Positions 41,022 through 51,532 are shown, counted from the stretch's first letter. The stretch is DNA of 61,014 nucleotides from Gemmatimonadaceae bacterium (GCA_036274195.1 DASUGD010000178.1:1-61014); one strand, 5' to 3'. The notes: generated by a model not told the origin, from the letters alone. Program-made: numbers and translations.

Positions 41022-42269
41022 GTGCGACTCTCATCCGTCACGCCCACAGTCCTGCTCGCGGCTGCCACGCTCGCGATGCCTGCCGCCGCGCAACAGCGCA
41101 CCGCGACTCGCGCGAGCACCCAATACGTCCCGGGGGCCACGTGGGAACGCCGCGATCCTGCGGCGGCCGGCTTCGACCCGGCGCGCCTGACGGAGGCCAT
41201 CCAGTTCGCGATCCAGGCCGACGCGAAAGCGCCGCGCGACATGGAGGTCTCGCACTACCAGTCGTTCGGTGCTCGCGAGCCGTACGGTCAGGGGATCGGC
41301 CCGTTCAAGCCGCGCGGTGAGCCCACGGGCGTCATTCTCCGCGGCGGCTACGTCGTGGCGACGTGGGGCGAGCCCGATCGCGTGGACATGACGCACAGCG
41401 TGACGAAGAGCTTTCTCTCCTCGGTCGTTGGCGTCGCGTTCGATCGCGGACTCATTCCCTCCGTGCGCGACACGGTCTGGAAGGCAATGGCGCCGATCTA
41501 CCGGCTGCGGCTCGAGGCGCCGAGCGAACCCGGAACCACCGCTGGCGAGTCGTATTTTCTCGACCCGTTCGCGACGCCGCACAATCGCGAGATCACCTGG
41601 GATGACCTCCTGCGGCAGACGAGCGATTGGGAAGGCACACTGTGGGGCAAGCCCGATTGGGCCGACCGTCCGTCGCAGGACCCGGCAGAGTGGCGCACGC
41701 GCAAACGCGCCCAGCCGGGAACGACGTACGAGTACAACGACGTCCGGGTGAACGTGCTCGCGCTCGCGGCGACGAACGTCTGGCGTCGCCCGCTGCCGGA
41801 AGTGCTGCGCGACAACATCATGGATCCGATCGGCGCGTCGGCCTCGTGGCGGTGGTTCGGCTATGACAACGCCTGGATCACCCTGGACGGCCGCCCGGTG
41901 CAGGTCGTGGGCGGCGGCGGCCACTGGGGCGGCGGGATGTTCATCAACGCGTGGGACATGGCGCGTTTCGGCCTCCTCACGCTGCGCCGGGGGATGTGGG
42001 GCGACAAGCGGATCCTCAGCGAGGCGTGGGTGAAGATGGCCCTGACGCCAACGGTGCCGCAGCCCACGTACGGGTTCATGAACTGGTTCCTCAACACCGA
42101 CCGGAAGTGGATGCCGAGCGCGCCGCCTAACGCCTTCGGGCACGTGGGGAATGGGACGAATCTCGTGTTCGTGAGCCCGGATCAGGATCTCGTCGCGGTG
42201 GTGCGGTGGATCGACAACCCATCGATCGACACCTTCCTGGGTAAGCTGCTCGGCGCCGTCGTGAAGTAG
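41022..42269 (+). CDS. Beta-lactamase-family serine hydrolase (class C/PBP-like), secreted
   Basis: Signal peptide. SxxK motif MTHSVTKSF. About 415 aa. Confidence 0.85.
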   Translation: MRLSSVTPTVLLAAATLAMPAAAQQRTATRASTQYVPGATWERRDPAAAGFDPARLTEAIQFAIQADAKAPRDMEVSHYQSFGAREPYGQGIGPFKPRGEPTGVILRGGYVVATWGEPDRVDMTHSVTKSFLSSVVGVAFDRGLIPSVRDTVWKAMAPIYRLRLEAPSEPGTTAGESYFLDPFATPHNREITWDDLLRQTSDWEGTLWGKPDWADRPSQDPAEWRTRKRAQPGTTYEYNDVRVNVLALAATNVWRRPLPEVLRDNIMDPIGASASWRWFGYDNAWITLDGRPVQVVGGGGHWGGGMFINAWDMARFGLLTLRRGMWGDKRILSEAWVKMALTPTVPQPTYGFMNWFLNTDRKWMPSAPPNAFGHVGNGTNLVFVSPDQDLVAVVRWIDNPSIDTFLGKLLGAVVK

Positions 42270-42308
42270 GGCTGCGGCTTCCAACATCGGAGGAAATGGA
42301 TCCTCGGT

Positions 42309-43421
42309 ATGACGCCCATCCCCACGCTGTTCACACCATTTACCGTCGGAAACCTCCAGCTCGCGAACCGCATCGTCATCGCGCCGATGTGCCAGTACTC
42401 CGCGGTCGACGGCCGGATGACCGACTGGCACGTCATCCATCTCGGGCACCTCGCGCTATCCGGTGCGGCAGTCCTCATCATCGAAGCGACGGCCGTGCTA
42501 CCCGACGGCCGCATCACGTACGCCGACGTCGGGCTCTGGTCGGACGAGACCGAGGAGGCGATCGGGCGGACGCTGGAGACCGTCCGCCGCTGGTCCCGGA
42601 TGCCGATCGCCATTCAGCTCGCACACGCCGGGCGCAAAGCGTCGTGCGAAGTACCGTGGAAGGGCGGCAGGCAGTTCGCGCCCGACCACCCGAAGGGCTG
42701 GCAAACCGTCTCGGCGTCCGCTCTCCCCTATGACAGCGGCTGGTACGTTCCCTCCGCGCTGGATGGCGAAGGGCTCGCGCGCGTGCGTGATGCCTTCGCC
42801 GACGCCGCGCGGCGTGCGGCGCGCCTCGGCATCGATGCCGTGCAGCTTCACGGCGCACACGGGTATCTGCTCCACCAGTTCCTGTCGCCGTTATCCAACG
42901 GCCGGGACGACGCGTACGGCGGAAGCCTCGAGAACCGGATGCGCTTTCCATTGGAAGTGTTCGACGCGGTGCGCGCCGCGTTTCCCGCGGATCGACCCGT
43001 GACGGTGCGCGTGTCGGGCACCGACTGGGCCGACGGCGGCTGGGACGTCGAGCAGACCGTCGCGTTCGCCCGCGCGCTGGAGGCGCGTGGGTGCGACGCG
43101 GTTCACGTCTCGAGCGGCGGTCTGACGCCGCGGCAACGCATCCCGGTGGGTCCGAGCTACCAGGTGCCGCTCGCGCGTGCCGTGAAACGTGCGACGTCGC
43201 GGCCGGTCATCGCTGTCGGGCTCATCACCGAGTTCGAGCAGGCCGAGGCGATCGTGAGTACCGGGGATGCGGACCTCATCGCGCTGGCGCGGGCGATTCT
43301 CTACGATCCGCGGTGGCCGTGGCATGCGGCGGCCCATTTCGGCGCACGCGTCCGCGTGCCTAACCAGTACCTGCGATCGCAGCCGCGGAACTATCGCGAT
43401 CTTTTCGAGGCCGCCGAGTGA
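42309..43421 (+). CDS. Old Yellow Enzyme family NADH:flavin oxidoreductase (alkene reductase)
   Basis: NRIVIAPMCQYSA and HGAHGYLLHQFLSPLSNGRDDAYGGSLENRMRF are classic OYE motifs. Confidence 0.9.
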   Translation: MTPIPTLFTPFTVGNLQLANRIVIAPMCQYSAVDGRMTDWHVIHLGHLALSGAAVLIIEATAVLPDGRITYADVGLWSDETEEAIGRTLETVRRWSRMPIAIQLAHAGRKASCEVPWKGGRQFAPDHPKGWQTVSASALPYDSGWYVPSALDGEGLARVRDAFADAARRAARLGIDAVQLHGAHGYLLHQFLSPLSNGRDDAYGGSLENRMRFPLEVFDAVRAAFPADRPVTVRVSGTDWADGGWDVEQTVAFARALEARGCDAVHVSSGGLTPRQRIPVGPSYQVPLARAVKRATSRPVIAVGLITEFEQAEAIVSTGDADLIALARAILYDPRWPWHAAAHFGARVRVPNQYLRSQPRNYRDLFEAAE

Positions 43422-43431
43422 GGCCGTAGGG

Positions 43432-44247
43432 GTGCGTCGCCATCAGCTCATCGAGATCGAGGACCAGCCGTGGTGTCCGGCCATCGTCCGGGACGGGCTC
43501 ACGGACTACCTGCAGTTCATCACCGATCACACCGAGCCCTACGCCCCGGCCGCTCGGCTGCTCGCCGAGGCGCTGCGAGTCAGCACGGACGATCCGGCGA
43601 GCCAGCCACCGGCTTCTGTGGTCGACCTGGGCTCCGGCGGTGGCGGTCCCTGGCGGCGACTCGTTAGGCAGCTCGCCGACGCGCGCGTACCGGTGCGCGT
43701 TCGGTTGACCGACCTGCATCCCAACGTCACTGCGTTCGAACGGATCGCGCGCGACACCGACGGTGCAGTGAGCGGAGATCACCGTGCCGTATCGGCCGAC
43801 GGCGTGCCGGAGGACCTCACCGGCTTTCGTACGATCTTCACCGCGTTCCATCACTTCCCCCCGCCGCTGGCGCGCCGCGTGCTCGCCGACGCCGTCGCGC
43901 GCGGGGAAGGTATCGCCGTGTTCGAGTCGACCGAGCGCAGCATCCTCTGTCTCCTGGTCATGGTGCTCGTTCCCCACGTAGTGTTGCTCGTGACACCGTT
44001 CATCCGGCCGTTCCGGTGGTCGCGGCTGCTGCTGACCTATCTGCTTCCCGTCATCCCGACGGTCGCATTCGTGGACGGCGTCGTGTCGTGCCTGCGCACC
44101 TACACGCCCGACGAGCTGCGCGAGCTGGCCGAGTCCGCGGACGGCGCGGGCGGGTATGTGTGGACGACCGGACACGCCGGGGGCGGTCCAATACCAATGA
44201 CGTACCTGCTCGGACAGCCCGTTAGGCGCGAAGGAGCGGTGCCGTGA
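43432..44247 (+). CDS. Hypothetical protein, possibly a class I SAM-dependent methyltransferase-like protein
   Basis: Start moved to the in-frame GTG after the OYE stop. VVDLGSGGGGPW resembles methyltransferase motif I. Hydrophobic C-terminal segment. Confidence 0.55.
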   Translation: MRRHQLIEIEDQPWCPAIVRDGLTDYLQFITDHTEPYAPAARLLAEALRVSTDDPASQPPASVVDLGSGGGGPWRRLVRQLADARVPVRVRLTDLHPNVTAFERIARDTDGAVSGDHRAVSADGVPEDLTGFRTIFTAFHHFPPPLARRVLADAVARGEGIAVFESTERSILCLLVMVLVPHVVLLVTPFIRPFRWSRLLLTYLLPVIPTVAFVDGVVSCLRTYTPDELRELAESADGAGGYVWTTGHAGGGPIPMTYLLGQPVRREGAVP

Positions 44248-45065
44248 GGAGGAACCGGCTCTTGCCCGGCGCCGTGGCGACGCACAACATAGCGTGCCCC
44301 ATTGAAGCCGGTTCACACCTTTCACTCGGGTGCAACGTGACTTCCCTTTTCACCGGGCGCGCATTGGCAGTCGCCGGGTCGCTGATGATCGCAGGCGTCG
44401 CTGCGCTCGAACCTCCCGCGCACTCGGACGCGCAGGCTCATGCACCAACGAGTCTCTTCAACGGGAAGGATCTCGAGGGCTGGCACGTCGACGTCCCGGC
44501 GTTGGATTCCAACCCGCGTGCCCGCAACCCGTTCATCGTGCGCAACGGGATGCTCGTGAGCCTCGGCGAGCCGCAGGGGCACATCATCACCGACGCGAGC
44601 TATCGCAACTATCGGCTCGAGGTCGAATACCGCTTCCCCGGCAAGCCGGGGAATTCCGGCGTGCTGGTGCACGCGTCCACCCCGCGGGCGCTCTACAAGA
44701 TGTTCCCCAAGTCCATCGAGGTGCAGATGGAGAGCGGGAACGCCGGTGACTTCTGGTGCATCCTCGAGGACATTCGCGTCCCCGACATGGAGCGGCGTCG
44801 CGGCCCGCGGGCAAACTGGGGGACCACGGAAGGCAAGGAGCGCCGCATCGTGAACCTGACCGACAATTCCGAGAAGCCGGTCGGCCAATGGAACACCATG
44901 GTGATCGAGGCGGTTGGGAGGTCGATCAAGGTGTGGGTCAACGGTGACCTGGTGAACGATGGCTCGGATGCCACTGCGGATCACGGGCAGATCGCACTGC
45001 AATCAGAGGGATCGGAGGTCGAGTTCCGCAAGATCACGTTGACGCAGAAGTCGAGCGACCGGTGA
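44244..45065 (+). CDS. DUF1080 (3-keto-disaccharide hydrolase / LamG-like jelly-roll) domain protein
   Basis: HGQIALQSEGSEVEFRKITL, typical DUF1080 ending. GTGA overlap with the upstream gene. An alternative TTG start at 44262 follows GGAGG. Confidence 0.8.
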   Translation: MRRNRLLPGAVATHNIACPIEAGSHLSLGCNVTSLFTGRALAVAGSLMIAGVAALEPPAHSDAQAHAPTSLFNGKDLEGWHVDVPALDSNPRARNPFIVRNGMLVSLGEPQGHIITDASYRNYRLEVEYRFPGKPGNSGVLVHASTPRALYKMFPKSIEVQMESGNAGDFWCILEDIRVPDMERRRGPRANWGTTEGKERRIVNLTDNSEKPVGQWNTMVIEAVGRSIKVWVNGDLVNDGSDATADHGQIALQSEGSEVEFRKITLTQKSSDR

Positions 45066-45069
45066 GACA

Positions 45070-46968
45070 GTGATGGACACGCCCGACGACTCTGCCGGAC
45101 CAACGCCTAACGACGAGCGGCTCGGTATGAACGAGCCGATCTCGCGCCGGGATTTCGTGAATGGCGCGCTGGTCGCTGGCGCCGGGATGCTGCTGAACGG
45201 CCGCGCGGCCGCGATGGGCCCATCCCCCGCCGAGGCGTGGAACGGCTACGGCGGCGTTGGCGATTACCATGCGTCGAACGGCAACACCTACGATGTCATG
45301 ACCGCCGCGCACGCCATGCGCGATGGCGCGTACGAGAAGACAGCCGCCACGGACACTGGCGAGATGTACGATCTCGTCTCGGTCGGCGGCGGGTTGAGCG
45401 GCCTCGCGGCCGCGGTGTTCTTCCAGAAGGGCAAGGGCGGCCGGTGTCTCGTCCTCGACAACCACCCGATCTTCGGCGGGGAGGCGAAGCGCAACGAGTT
45501 TCTCGTCGACGGGCAGCGGCTCATCGCGCACCAGGGCTCCGCCATCTTCCTCGTGCCGATGAAGGGCGGCTACACCGAGCGCTTCTACGAGATGATCGGG
45601 ATGGACCGGTCGACCTTCGACTACCAGAAATGGCGCGGCCCGTCACCGGAGATGGCGCTGCATCAGAGCCCGTACGCCGACCCGAAGGACTACGGGTTCT
45701 ACTTCGGGCCCAAGTTCGGCAAGCGGCCCGGTGTGTGGGTGATCGATCCGTGGGGGCGCAAGCTGGCCGGCGCACCGCTGAGCGACGCGGTGAAAGCAGA
45801 CCTGATGCGATGGCGTACGGTCTCGGACGAGGGGCCGCGGCCGCGGACCGAAGGTGACGCGATCTCGCGTCAGCTCGACACCATCACGCTCGAAGAGCAT
45901 CTGATGGCGCGGCACGGGATCACGCGTGAGACGGTGCGCAACTTCCTGTCACCGGTCGAAGGTGGCGGTTACGGTCTCGGACCGGACGCGTTGTCCGCCT
46001 ACTGCGCCTACGCGATCGAGACGGAATTCCCGGGCGACGGTGATGCGACGTTAGGCGACCAGATGTTCCCCGATGGGAACACGGGGTTCGCGCGGCTGAT
46101 GGTGAAGACGCTTATCCCGGACGTGTTCACGGGGCCGCACACGGTGGAAGCGGTGTGGCAGAGTCGCGTGAACTTCGCCGCGCTCGACCGGGCCGGGCAG
46201 AGCACGCGCATCCGTCTCAACGCGACGGTCGTACGCGTGGAGCACGCGGGCAACCCGGCCAGTGCGCCGCACGTCGTGGTCACGTACGCGAAGGGCAAGC
46301 GGCTCTTCCGCGTGAAGGCGCGCGCGGTGGTCATGGCGGGTGGCAGCTGGACGAGCAAGCACATCGTGCGGGACCTCCCCACGAGCCATCGCGACGCATA
46401 CGCGCAGTTCCATCGGTCGCCGTGTCTCATGGCGAACATCGCGGTGCGCAACTGGCGCTTCCTGTACAAGATGGGAATGTCGGGGTGCCGCTGGTTCGGC
46501 GGGCTCGGTGACTATCTCTCGGTGCGGCGGATGGCCACGTTGAGCGGCGTGAGCCCGACGATCGGCCCGGATTCGCCGACGGTGCTGACGATCAAGGTGC
46601 TGTTCGCCCAGCCCGGGTTGCCGATCGCCGAGCAGGGGGCGCAGGGGCGGGCGAAGCTGCTCGGGGCGTCGTTCGCGCAATACGAGCGAGCGTTCCGCGA
46701 GCAGCTCGCCGACATGTTCGCGCCGGGCGGGTTCGACCCGCGTCGTGACATCGCGGGGATCATCCTGAACCGCTGGGGTCACGCGTACGTGAATCCGCAG
46801 CCGGGCTTCTTCTTCGGCGTGGGCGGCAAGCCGGCGCCGCGGGATGTGCTGCGCGATGCGCCGCATGGCCGCATCGCGTTCGCGAACACCGATCTGGCGG
46901 GCGCGATGGATCACCGCAACTCGATCCGCGAGGCCGATCGTGCGGTCAGGCAGCTCGTGGGCGCCTAA
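45070..46968 (+). CDS. Tat-secreted FAD/NAD(P)-binding oxidoreductase (amine-oxidase/spermidine-dehydrogenase-like)
   Basis: SRRDFVNGALVAGAG Tat motif. YDLVSVGGGLSGLAAAVFF dinucleotide-binding motif. 632 aa. Confidence 0.8.
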   Translation: MMDTPDDSAGPTPNDERLGMNEPISRRDFVNGALVAGAGMLLNGRAAAMGPSPAEAWNGYGGVGDYHASNGNTYDVMTAAHAMRDGAYEKTAATDTGEMYDLVSVGGGLSGLAAAVFFQKGKGGRCLVLDNHPIFGGEAKRNEFLVDGQRLIAHQGSAIFLVPMKGGYTERFYEMIGMDRSTFDYQKWRGPSPEMALHQSPYADPKDYGFYFGPKFGKRPGVWVIDPWGRKLAGAPLSDAVKADLMRWRTVSDEGPRPRTEGDAISRQLDTITLEEHLMARHGITRETVRNFLSPVEGGGYGLGPDALSAYCAYAIETEFPGDGDATLGDQMFPDGNTGFARLMVKTLIPDVFTGPHTVEAVWQSRVNFAALDRAGQSTRIRLNATVVRVEHAGNPASAPHVVVTYAKGKRLFRVKARAVVMAGGSWTSKHIVRDLPTSHRDAYAQFHRSPCLMANIAVRNWRFLYKMGMSGCRWFGGLGDYLSVRRMATLSGVSPTIGPDSPTVLTIKVLFAQPGLPIAEQGAQGRAKLLGASFAQYERAFREQLADMFAPGGFDPRRDIAGIILNRWGHAYVNPQPGFFFGVGGKPAPRDVLRDAPHGRIAFANTDLAGAMDHRNSIREADRAVRQLVGA

Positions 46969-47099
46969 CGAATTAGCGCTCGCAGGACCTCCTCGCGGGG
47001 CTGGCTATCAGGGCTGGCTTCTACGACGAAGGGGTTCGGATACTCCGGATGCCACGGATGCGTCGGATCGCTCCCCGACCGGCCTAACGTCGTACCACA

Positions 47100-47260
47100 A
47101 CGAGCCGGGTCTTTTGAGGAACGACCTCGGGACGTGCTGGCTTCCCGAGGTCGTCATTTCTTCAATAACGACTCGTGGTGAGCGGAGTTCTCACGGCCGA
47201 GGAGCGATCTGAAGCATCCGAGGCATCCGCTGCATCCGAACACCCCTTCGTCTGTGCGGC
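47100..47260. repeat. Approximately 150-bp structured repeat, copy 2 (MITE-like)
   Basis: Same blocks as 40010-40165. Lies between convergent genes. Confidence 0.85.
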
Positions 47261-47295
47261 CGGCCCTCTCGGGTCCGGACAGTCGGCGTCGGTGC

Positions 47296-48087
47296 CTAAC
47301 GAGCGAACAACTGCGCGTCGAGCAGTGCCCCGGTCCACGGACGCAGCCACACCGTACCGTTCCAGGCGTGCGCCAGATAGCGGTTGACCAAGTCCATCTC
47401 CGCGCTCGTGTACTGGCTCTTGTGACACGCGAACTCCTCCCGTCCCGCGGCGAGGTCGCGGTCCTCGAACGGGACGCGCACGGTCAGCAGAGCCTCCGTC
47501 ATCCCGTTCACCGTGGGTGACGCCTTGGGCGCGGTCTCCAGCCGCTCCGCGGGCAGCGACGCGTAGAGTAGATCGACGCCCGCGTAGCGCGCGTCGGCCT
47601 GAATGATCTGCGTGACCACATCGCCCACGAGACGATGGTCGGGATGGCCTGTCCCTCCCTCCGGACCGAAGGTGATGATCGCGGCGGGCCTGATCGAGTC
47701 GATGATCGGCACGAGTGCCGACCGCAGCTTGCCGAGCTCGTCGAACGCCGCGAGCCCGCCGTCCGGGAGACCGAGGAGGTGCAGCTTCTTCACGCCGAGA
47801 CGATCGGCCGCGCACGTCGCTTCCTTCGTTCGCGCCGCGGCGAGCGCCGCTCCGGCCGGGATCCTCGCGAAGTCGCGCGTACCCTTCGAGCCATCGGTCG
47901 CGATCACGAGATGCGTCTCGCGCCCTTCCCTCGCGAGGCGTGACAGCAGCGGACCGATCACTCGTTCGTCGTCGGGATGGGCGAAGATGGCGAGGATGGG
48001 CCGGCTTCCCTGAGCCGGCAACGTGCGCGGAAACCCCGTCACCACAAGGGCCAGCGCGACGACGTAGGGAAATGTGTGAGATCGCAT
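47296..48087 (-). CDS. PIG-L/LmbE family deacetylase
   Basis: Start trimmed to MRSHTFPYVVALALVV. AHPDDE motif (ILAIFAHPDDERVIG) and GGTGHPDHRLVGDV. Confidence 0.85.
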   Translation of the reverse strand: MRSHTFPYVVALALVVTGFPRTLPAQGSRPILAIFAHPDDERVIGPLLSRLAREGRETHLVIATDGSKGTRDFARIPAGAALAAARTKEATCAADRLGVKKLHLLGLPDGGLAAFDELGKLRSALVPIIDSIRPAAIITFGPEGGTGHPDHRLVGDVVTQIIQADARYAGVDLLYASLPAERLETAPKASPTVNGMTEALLTVRVPFEDRDLAAGREEFACHKSQYTSAEMDLVNRYLAHAWNGTVWLRPWTGALLDAQLFAR

Positions 48088-48141
48088 GCGACTACATTGC
48101 ACCCCGCGTCGCCGGCCCGCGAGGATACTCACACTCACCGT

Positions 48142-50397
48142 CTACGAGAGACCGAGTCGCTCCAGCAGACGAACGAAGCGTGGTTGCGCGCGCATCCGTG
48201 CGAACGCGGGATGCACGCGCAACGTGTACATGTCCGTGCGGGCGATGAACGCGCGCTCGAGCCAGTCGAACGCGGTCGCATCATCGCCGATGATCGCGTG
48301 GATCATCGCGTGCTGAAACAGCGGCATCGGGCTGCTGGCCAGGTCAGCCTGGATCTGTCGCGCTTCTGCGGTCCGGCCGGACGCCGCGTACGCCATGGCG
48401 AGGCATGCGCGCACCAGGCGAACTTCCCCCATGCTTTGCAGCATGCGCTCCGCGACCGCGAGCGATTCCTCACCCTGGCCCATGATCGCGTGCGTCGCAC
48501 AGAGCCACACGGAGGCCAGGGCAAAGCCGGGCTGCATCGCGACCACGCGGCGAAATTGCCGCACGGCCTCGTCCAGCCGGCCGCCGAACTGGAATGCCGC
48601 ACCGAGCGCCATGTTCGCGTTGACGGAAAGCGGGTCGAGGTCGATCGCGCGCCGCGCGATCGGCAGCGCCTCGTCTGCCCGCCCGAGCCCTGCGAGGAAC
48701 ATCGCCAGCCACTGATGCGCCGTCGCGTAGCTCGGGTTGAGCGCGATGGCGCGGCGAAGCTCGCGCTCCGCGCCTTCCCAGTCCCACTCCCAGTTATACT
48801 TGGCGAAACCTAACGAGGCGTGCCCCTCGGCCAGCGATTCATCGAGCGCGATCGCCTGCGCCGCCGCGGCGGCGGCCCGCGGGTACATCTCCGTCGGTGG
48901 AGCGTGAGCGTACGAGGCAAGGAGGGCGCACGCGTCGGCGATGCCAGAATGCGCGGGCGCGTACGTTGGATCGATCTCAGCCGCCTGCCCGAAGAGATCG
49001 AGCGCCTGCCGCAAACTGGCCTGGTCACGCTTGTTCCAGTGATAGCGGCCGAGCAGGCAGAGGTTGTACGCCTCGAGGCTGCGCGGCTGGCGAACCTGTT
49101 GCAGCCCCGACAGGTGGCCCACGGGCAGCGTTCGCGTGATCGTCTCCACGATGCGGGCCGAGATGTCGTCCTGCACCGCGAAGATGTCCTCGATCTGCCG
49201 GTCGTACGTCTCGGACCAGAGCGGCGAGTCGTCGCTCACGCGAATGAGCTGCGCCGTCACGCGCAGCCGGCTCCCGGCGCGACGCACGCTACCCTCGAGC
49301 AGAAAGCGTACGTCGAGCGTCGCACCGATCTCACGCGCCGAGGCGTTCTTGCCCTTGAATGCGAACGCCGAGCTGCGCGACACGACACGAAGCCCGGAGA
49401 CCTTGGCGAGCAAGCCGATCAGCTCCTCGGTGATGCCGTCGCTGAAATACTCGTTCTCCTTGTCCGCGCTGAGATTCCCGAAGGGAAGCACGGCGATCGA
49501 CGTCCGCTCGGCCGCTTCCTGCCGCACCTCCGGGTTCGGGCTTGCGCTTCCGACGCGCAGCGCCCGCGCGAAGTCGCTCGCCGCGGCGAATCGTGCGGCA
49601 CGTTCCTTCGCCAAGGCGCGGGAAACGGCCTGCTCGACGGCCGGCGGGACGTCGGCACGGGCGGCCGAGAGCGCCGTCGGCTGGACCGTGAGATGCTGGC
49701 TGATGATGGCGATCGCGTTAGGTCCGCTGAACGGCGGCCGCCCGGCAAGCATCTCGTAGAGCGTGATGCCAAGGCTGTAGATGTCGCTCCGGCCATCGAC
49801 GTCGGGTTCCCCGAGTGCCTGCTCGGGGCTCATGTACACGGTCGTGCCCAACGCGAGGCCATCCTCCGTGAGATGGCCGGCCGCGCCGCCAGACGTCGAC
49901 CTGCCGCGGGCAATGCCGAAGTCGGCAAGGACAGCATGGCCCTGACGCGAGAGGAGCACGTTCTCCGGTTTGACGTCGCGATGGACGACCCCTTCGCTGT
50001 GTGCGTACGCGAGGGCGTCGGCGACGCTGCGCGCGAGCTCGACCGCCTCCTCGACAGGAAGCCGGCCTTCGCGCGTGAGCCGGCTACGCAATGACTCGCC
50101 GTCGACATACGGCATCACGAAGTAGAGCGCGCCCGCCGTTTCGCCGGAGTCGAGGAGCGGGAGGATGAACGGATGTCGGAGGCGAGCGAGCAGCTTGATC
50201 TCGCGGCCAAACCGCTCGGTGCCGAACGACGCGCCGACCGCCGGACGAAACACCTTGATCGCGACGGGGCGCTCGTGTCGAACGTCGTGCGCGAGGTACA
50301 CGGTCGCCATCCCGCCCGCGCCGAGTTCGCGCTCGATCACATACCGCTCGGCGAGCGCGTCGCGCAACGGTTCGGGAACAGTCCTCTCGGAGATCAT
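48142..50397 (-). CDS. Ser/Thr protein kinase with TolB-N/CadC-like region and C-terminal TPR repeats
   Basis: GAGGMATVYLAHD, VAIKVF, HRDVKPENVLLS, ADFGIAR, then IAVLPFGNLSADKENEYFSDGITEEL, then multiple TPR-like repeats. Confidence 0.9.
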   Translation of the reverse strand: MISERTVPEPLRDALAERYVIERELGAGGMATVYLAHDVRHERPVAIKVFRPAVGASFGTERFGREIKLLARLRHPFILPLLDSGETAGALYFVMPYVDGESLRSRLTREGRLPVEEAVELARSVADALAYAHSEGVVHRDVKPENVLLSRQGHAVLADFGIARGRSTSGGAAGHLTEDGLALGTTVYMSPEQALGEPDVDGRSDIYSLGITLYEMLAGRPPFSGPNAIAIISQHLTVQPTALSAARADVPPAVEQAVSRALAKERAARFAAASDFARALRVGSASPNPEVRQEAAERTSIAVLPFGNLSADKENEYFSDGITEELIGLLAKVSGLRVVSRSSAFAFKGKNASAREIGATLDVRFLLEGSVRRAGSRLRVTAQLIRVSDDSPLWSETYDRQIEDIFAVQDDISARIVETITRTLPVGHLSGLQQVRQPRSLEAYNLCLLGRYHWNKRDQASLRQALDLFGQAAEIDPTYAPAHSGIADACALLASYAHAPPTEMYPRAAAAAAQAIALDESLAEGHASLGFAKYNWEWDWEGAERELRRAIALNPSYATAHQWLAMFLAGLGRADEALPIARRAIDLDPLSVNANMALGAAFQFGGRLDEAVRQFRRVVAMQPGFALASVWLCATHAIMGQGEESLAVAERMLQSMGEVRLVRACLAMAYAASGRTAEARQIQADLASSPMPLFQHAMIHAIIGDDATAFDWLERAFIARTDMYTLRVHPAFARMRAQPRFVRLLERLGLS

Positions 50398-50414
50398 TAC
50401 CGGACCATGGCCGG

Positions 50415-50700
50415 AGCTTTCAAACGGCGCAAGACCGAAGAGCGCTGAATTCCGAAGAGCGCAAGGCGAAGAGCGCGAAATCCCGAACTACGCGAAATCC
50501 CGAACTGCGCGAAATCCCGAACTACGCGAAATCCCGAGGAGCGGAACACCCACCGGCGAAAACGGCGCGCGCTCTTTTCGCCCTTAGAGGTTCCGCTCTT
50601 CGGGATTCAGCGATCTTCGGGATTTCGCGCTCTTCGGAATTCAGCGCCCTTCGGGATTCAGCGTCCTTCGGCTTGCGCCGTTCGGCTTGCGCCGTTAGGC
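50415..50700. repeat. Complex tandem and inverted repeat element
   Basis: cgcgaaatcccgaact(a/g) repeated 4 times (50483-50540). Inverted partners cttcgggattcagcg / cttcgggatttcgcg repeated at 50590-50670. Terminal direct repeat cggcttgcgccgtt x2. Confidence 0.9.
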
Positions 50701-50710
50701 ACGGTGCCTT

Positions 50711-51310
50711 CTACTGGTGGTAGAAGTAGTAGTCTGCCGTGTATGGTGACTTGAATTCCTGGCCCACGACGGTCCCCGGTGTGGTTGGCGCAAGGCCGCC
50801 CACGGTGTTCAGTCGCTGGATGAACGTCGTCTGGTTGAAGACGCCCTTTCCACTGTTGTCCGCGGAAAGCTTCACCCAGTCGATCGCGTTGGTGTTCACG
50901 GTGCAGCGATCGGTGAGCGTGCCGATGACTCGGCTGCCGCTCACGGTCAGCCAGTTCGGCTTGGCGCCCGGCGCGCTGAAGTGCGTGCCGACCAGCGCGT
51001 TTTGGCCGGCGTCGGCGAACAGGTTCGCCTCCGGGTTCGAGAAGACCCACTTCGTGCCATCCCAACGGTAGACCTGAAAGCCCACACCGAATGCGTGGAA
51101 CGAGATGTTGCTGCCCTCCGGCACCTGAAGCTGCGTGCAGCCGGCCAGGTCTGGAAACCGACCGGAAACTCCCTGGACGTCGTACGTGCTGCGCGTCGCG
51201 GATTTCGGTCCGACGGGGGCGTTATCGGCGCAACCGATGGCGAAGCCCGCGGCCGCAACAATGGCCAGCGAGTACCCGAAGGTGTGTGATGTCCTGATTC
51301 TCATTTGCAT
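50711..51310 (-). CDS. Hypothetical lipoprotein (paralog of 35574..36143)
   Basis: Start trimmed to MQMRIRTSHTFGYSLAIVAAAGFAIGC. Conserved blocks shared with the 35574 gene. Confidence 0.7.
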   Translation of the reverse strand: MQMRIRTSHTFGYSLAIVAAAGFAIGCADNAPVGPKSATRSTYDVQGVSGRFPDLAGCTQLQVPEGSNISFHAFGVGFQVYRWDGTKWVFSNPEANLFADAGQNALVGTHFSAPGAKPNWLTVSGSRVIGTLTDRCTVNTNAIDWVKLSADNSGKGVFNQTTFIQRLNTVGGLAPTTPGTVVGQEFKSPYTADYYFYHQ

Positions 51311-51532
51311 TCTCCCAAGGCTGGCGCGCGAGGACGCGCCGGTGATTCGCGTCGATGGCGTGAATGCCATCACCGGGGAGAACGCGGGGTAACATCAAAG
51401 GCGGACAGCACTTGCCACTCGACAGGGGGCAGCCCTAACGATAGACAGGGGTCAGGCCTGACTCCTGGTTGGTCTCACCGTCGCCGCCTCGACACAATCG
51501 AGGCACGATCCGATGCCGCTACTCGTCACGCA

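Noticed and set aside
41031-42449. 472-aa minus-strand ORF antisense to the beta-lactamase-family gene
   Set aside because: Shadow ORF with no motifs. The sense gene has the SxxK motif.
48820-50094. 424-aa plus-strand ORF antisense to the TPR kinase
   Set aside because: Shadow ORF of a high-GC region. The kinase motifs are on the minus strand.
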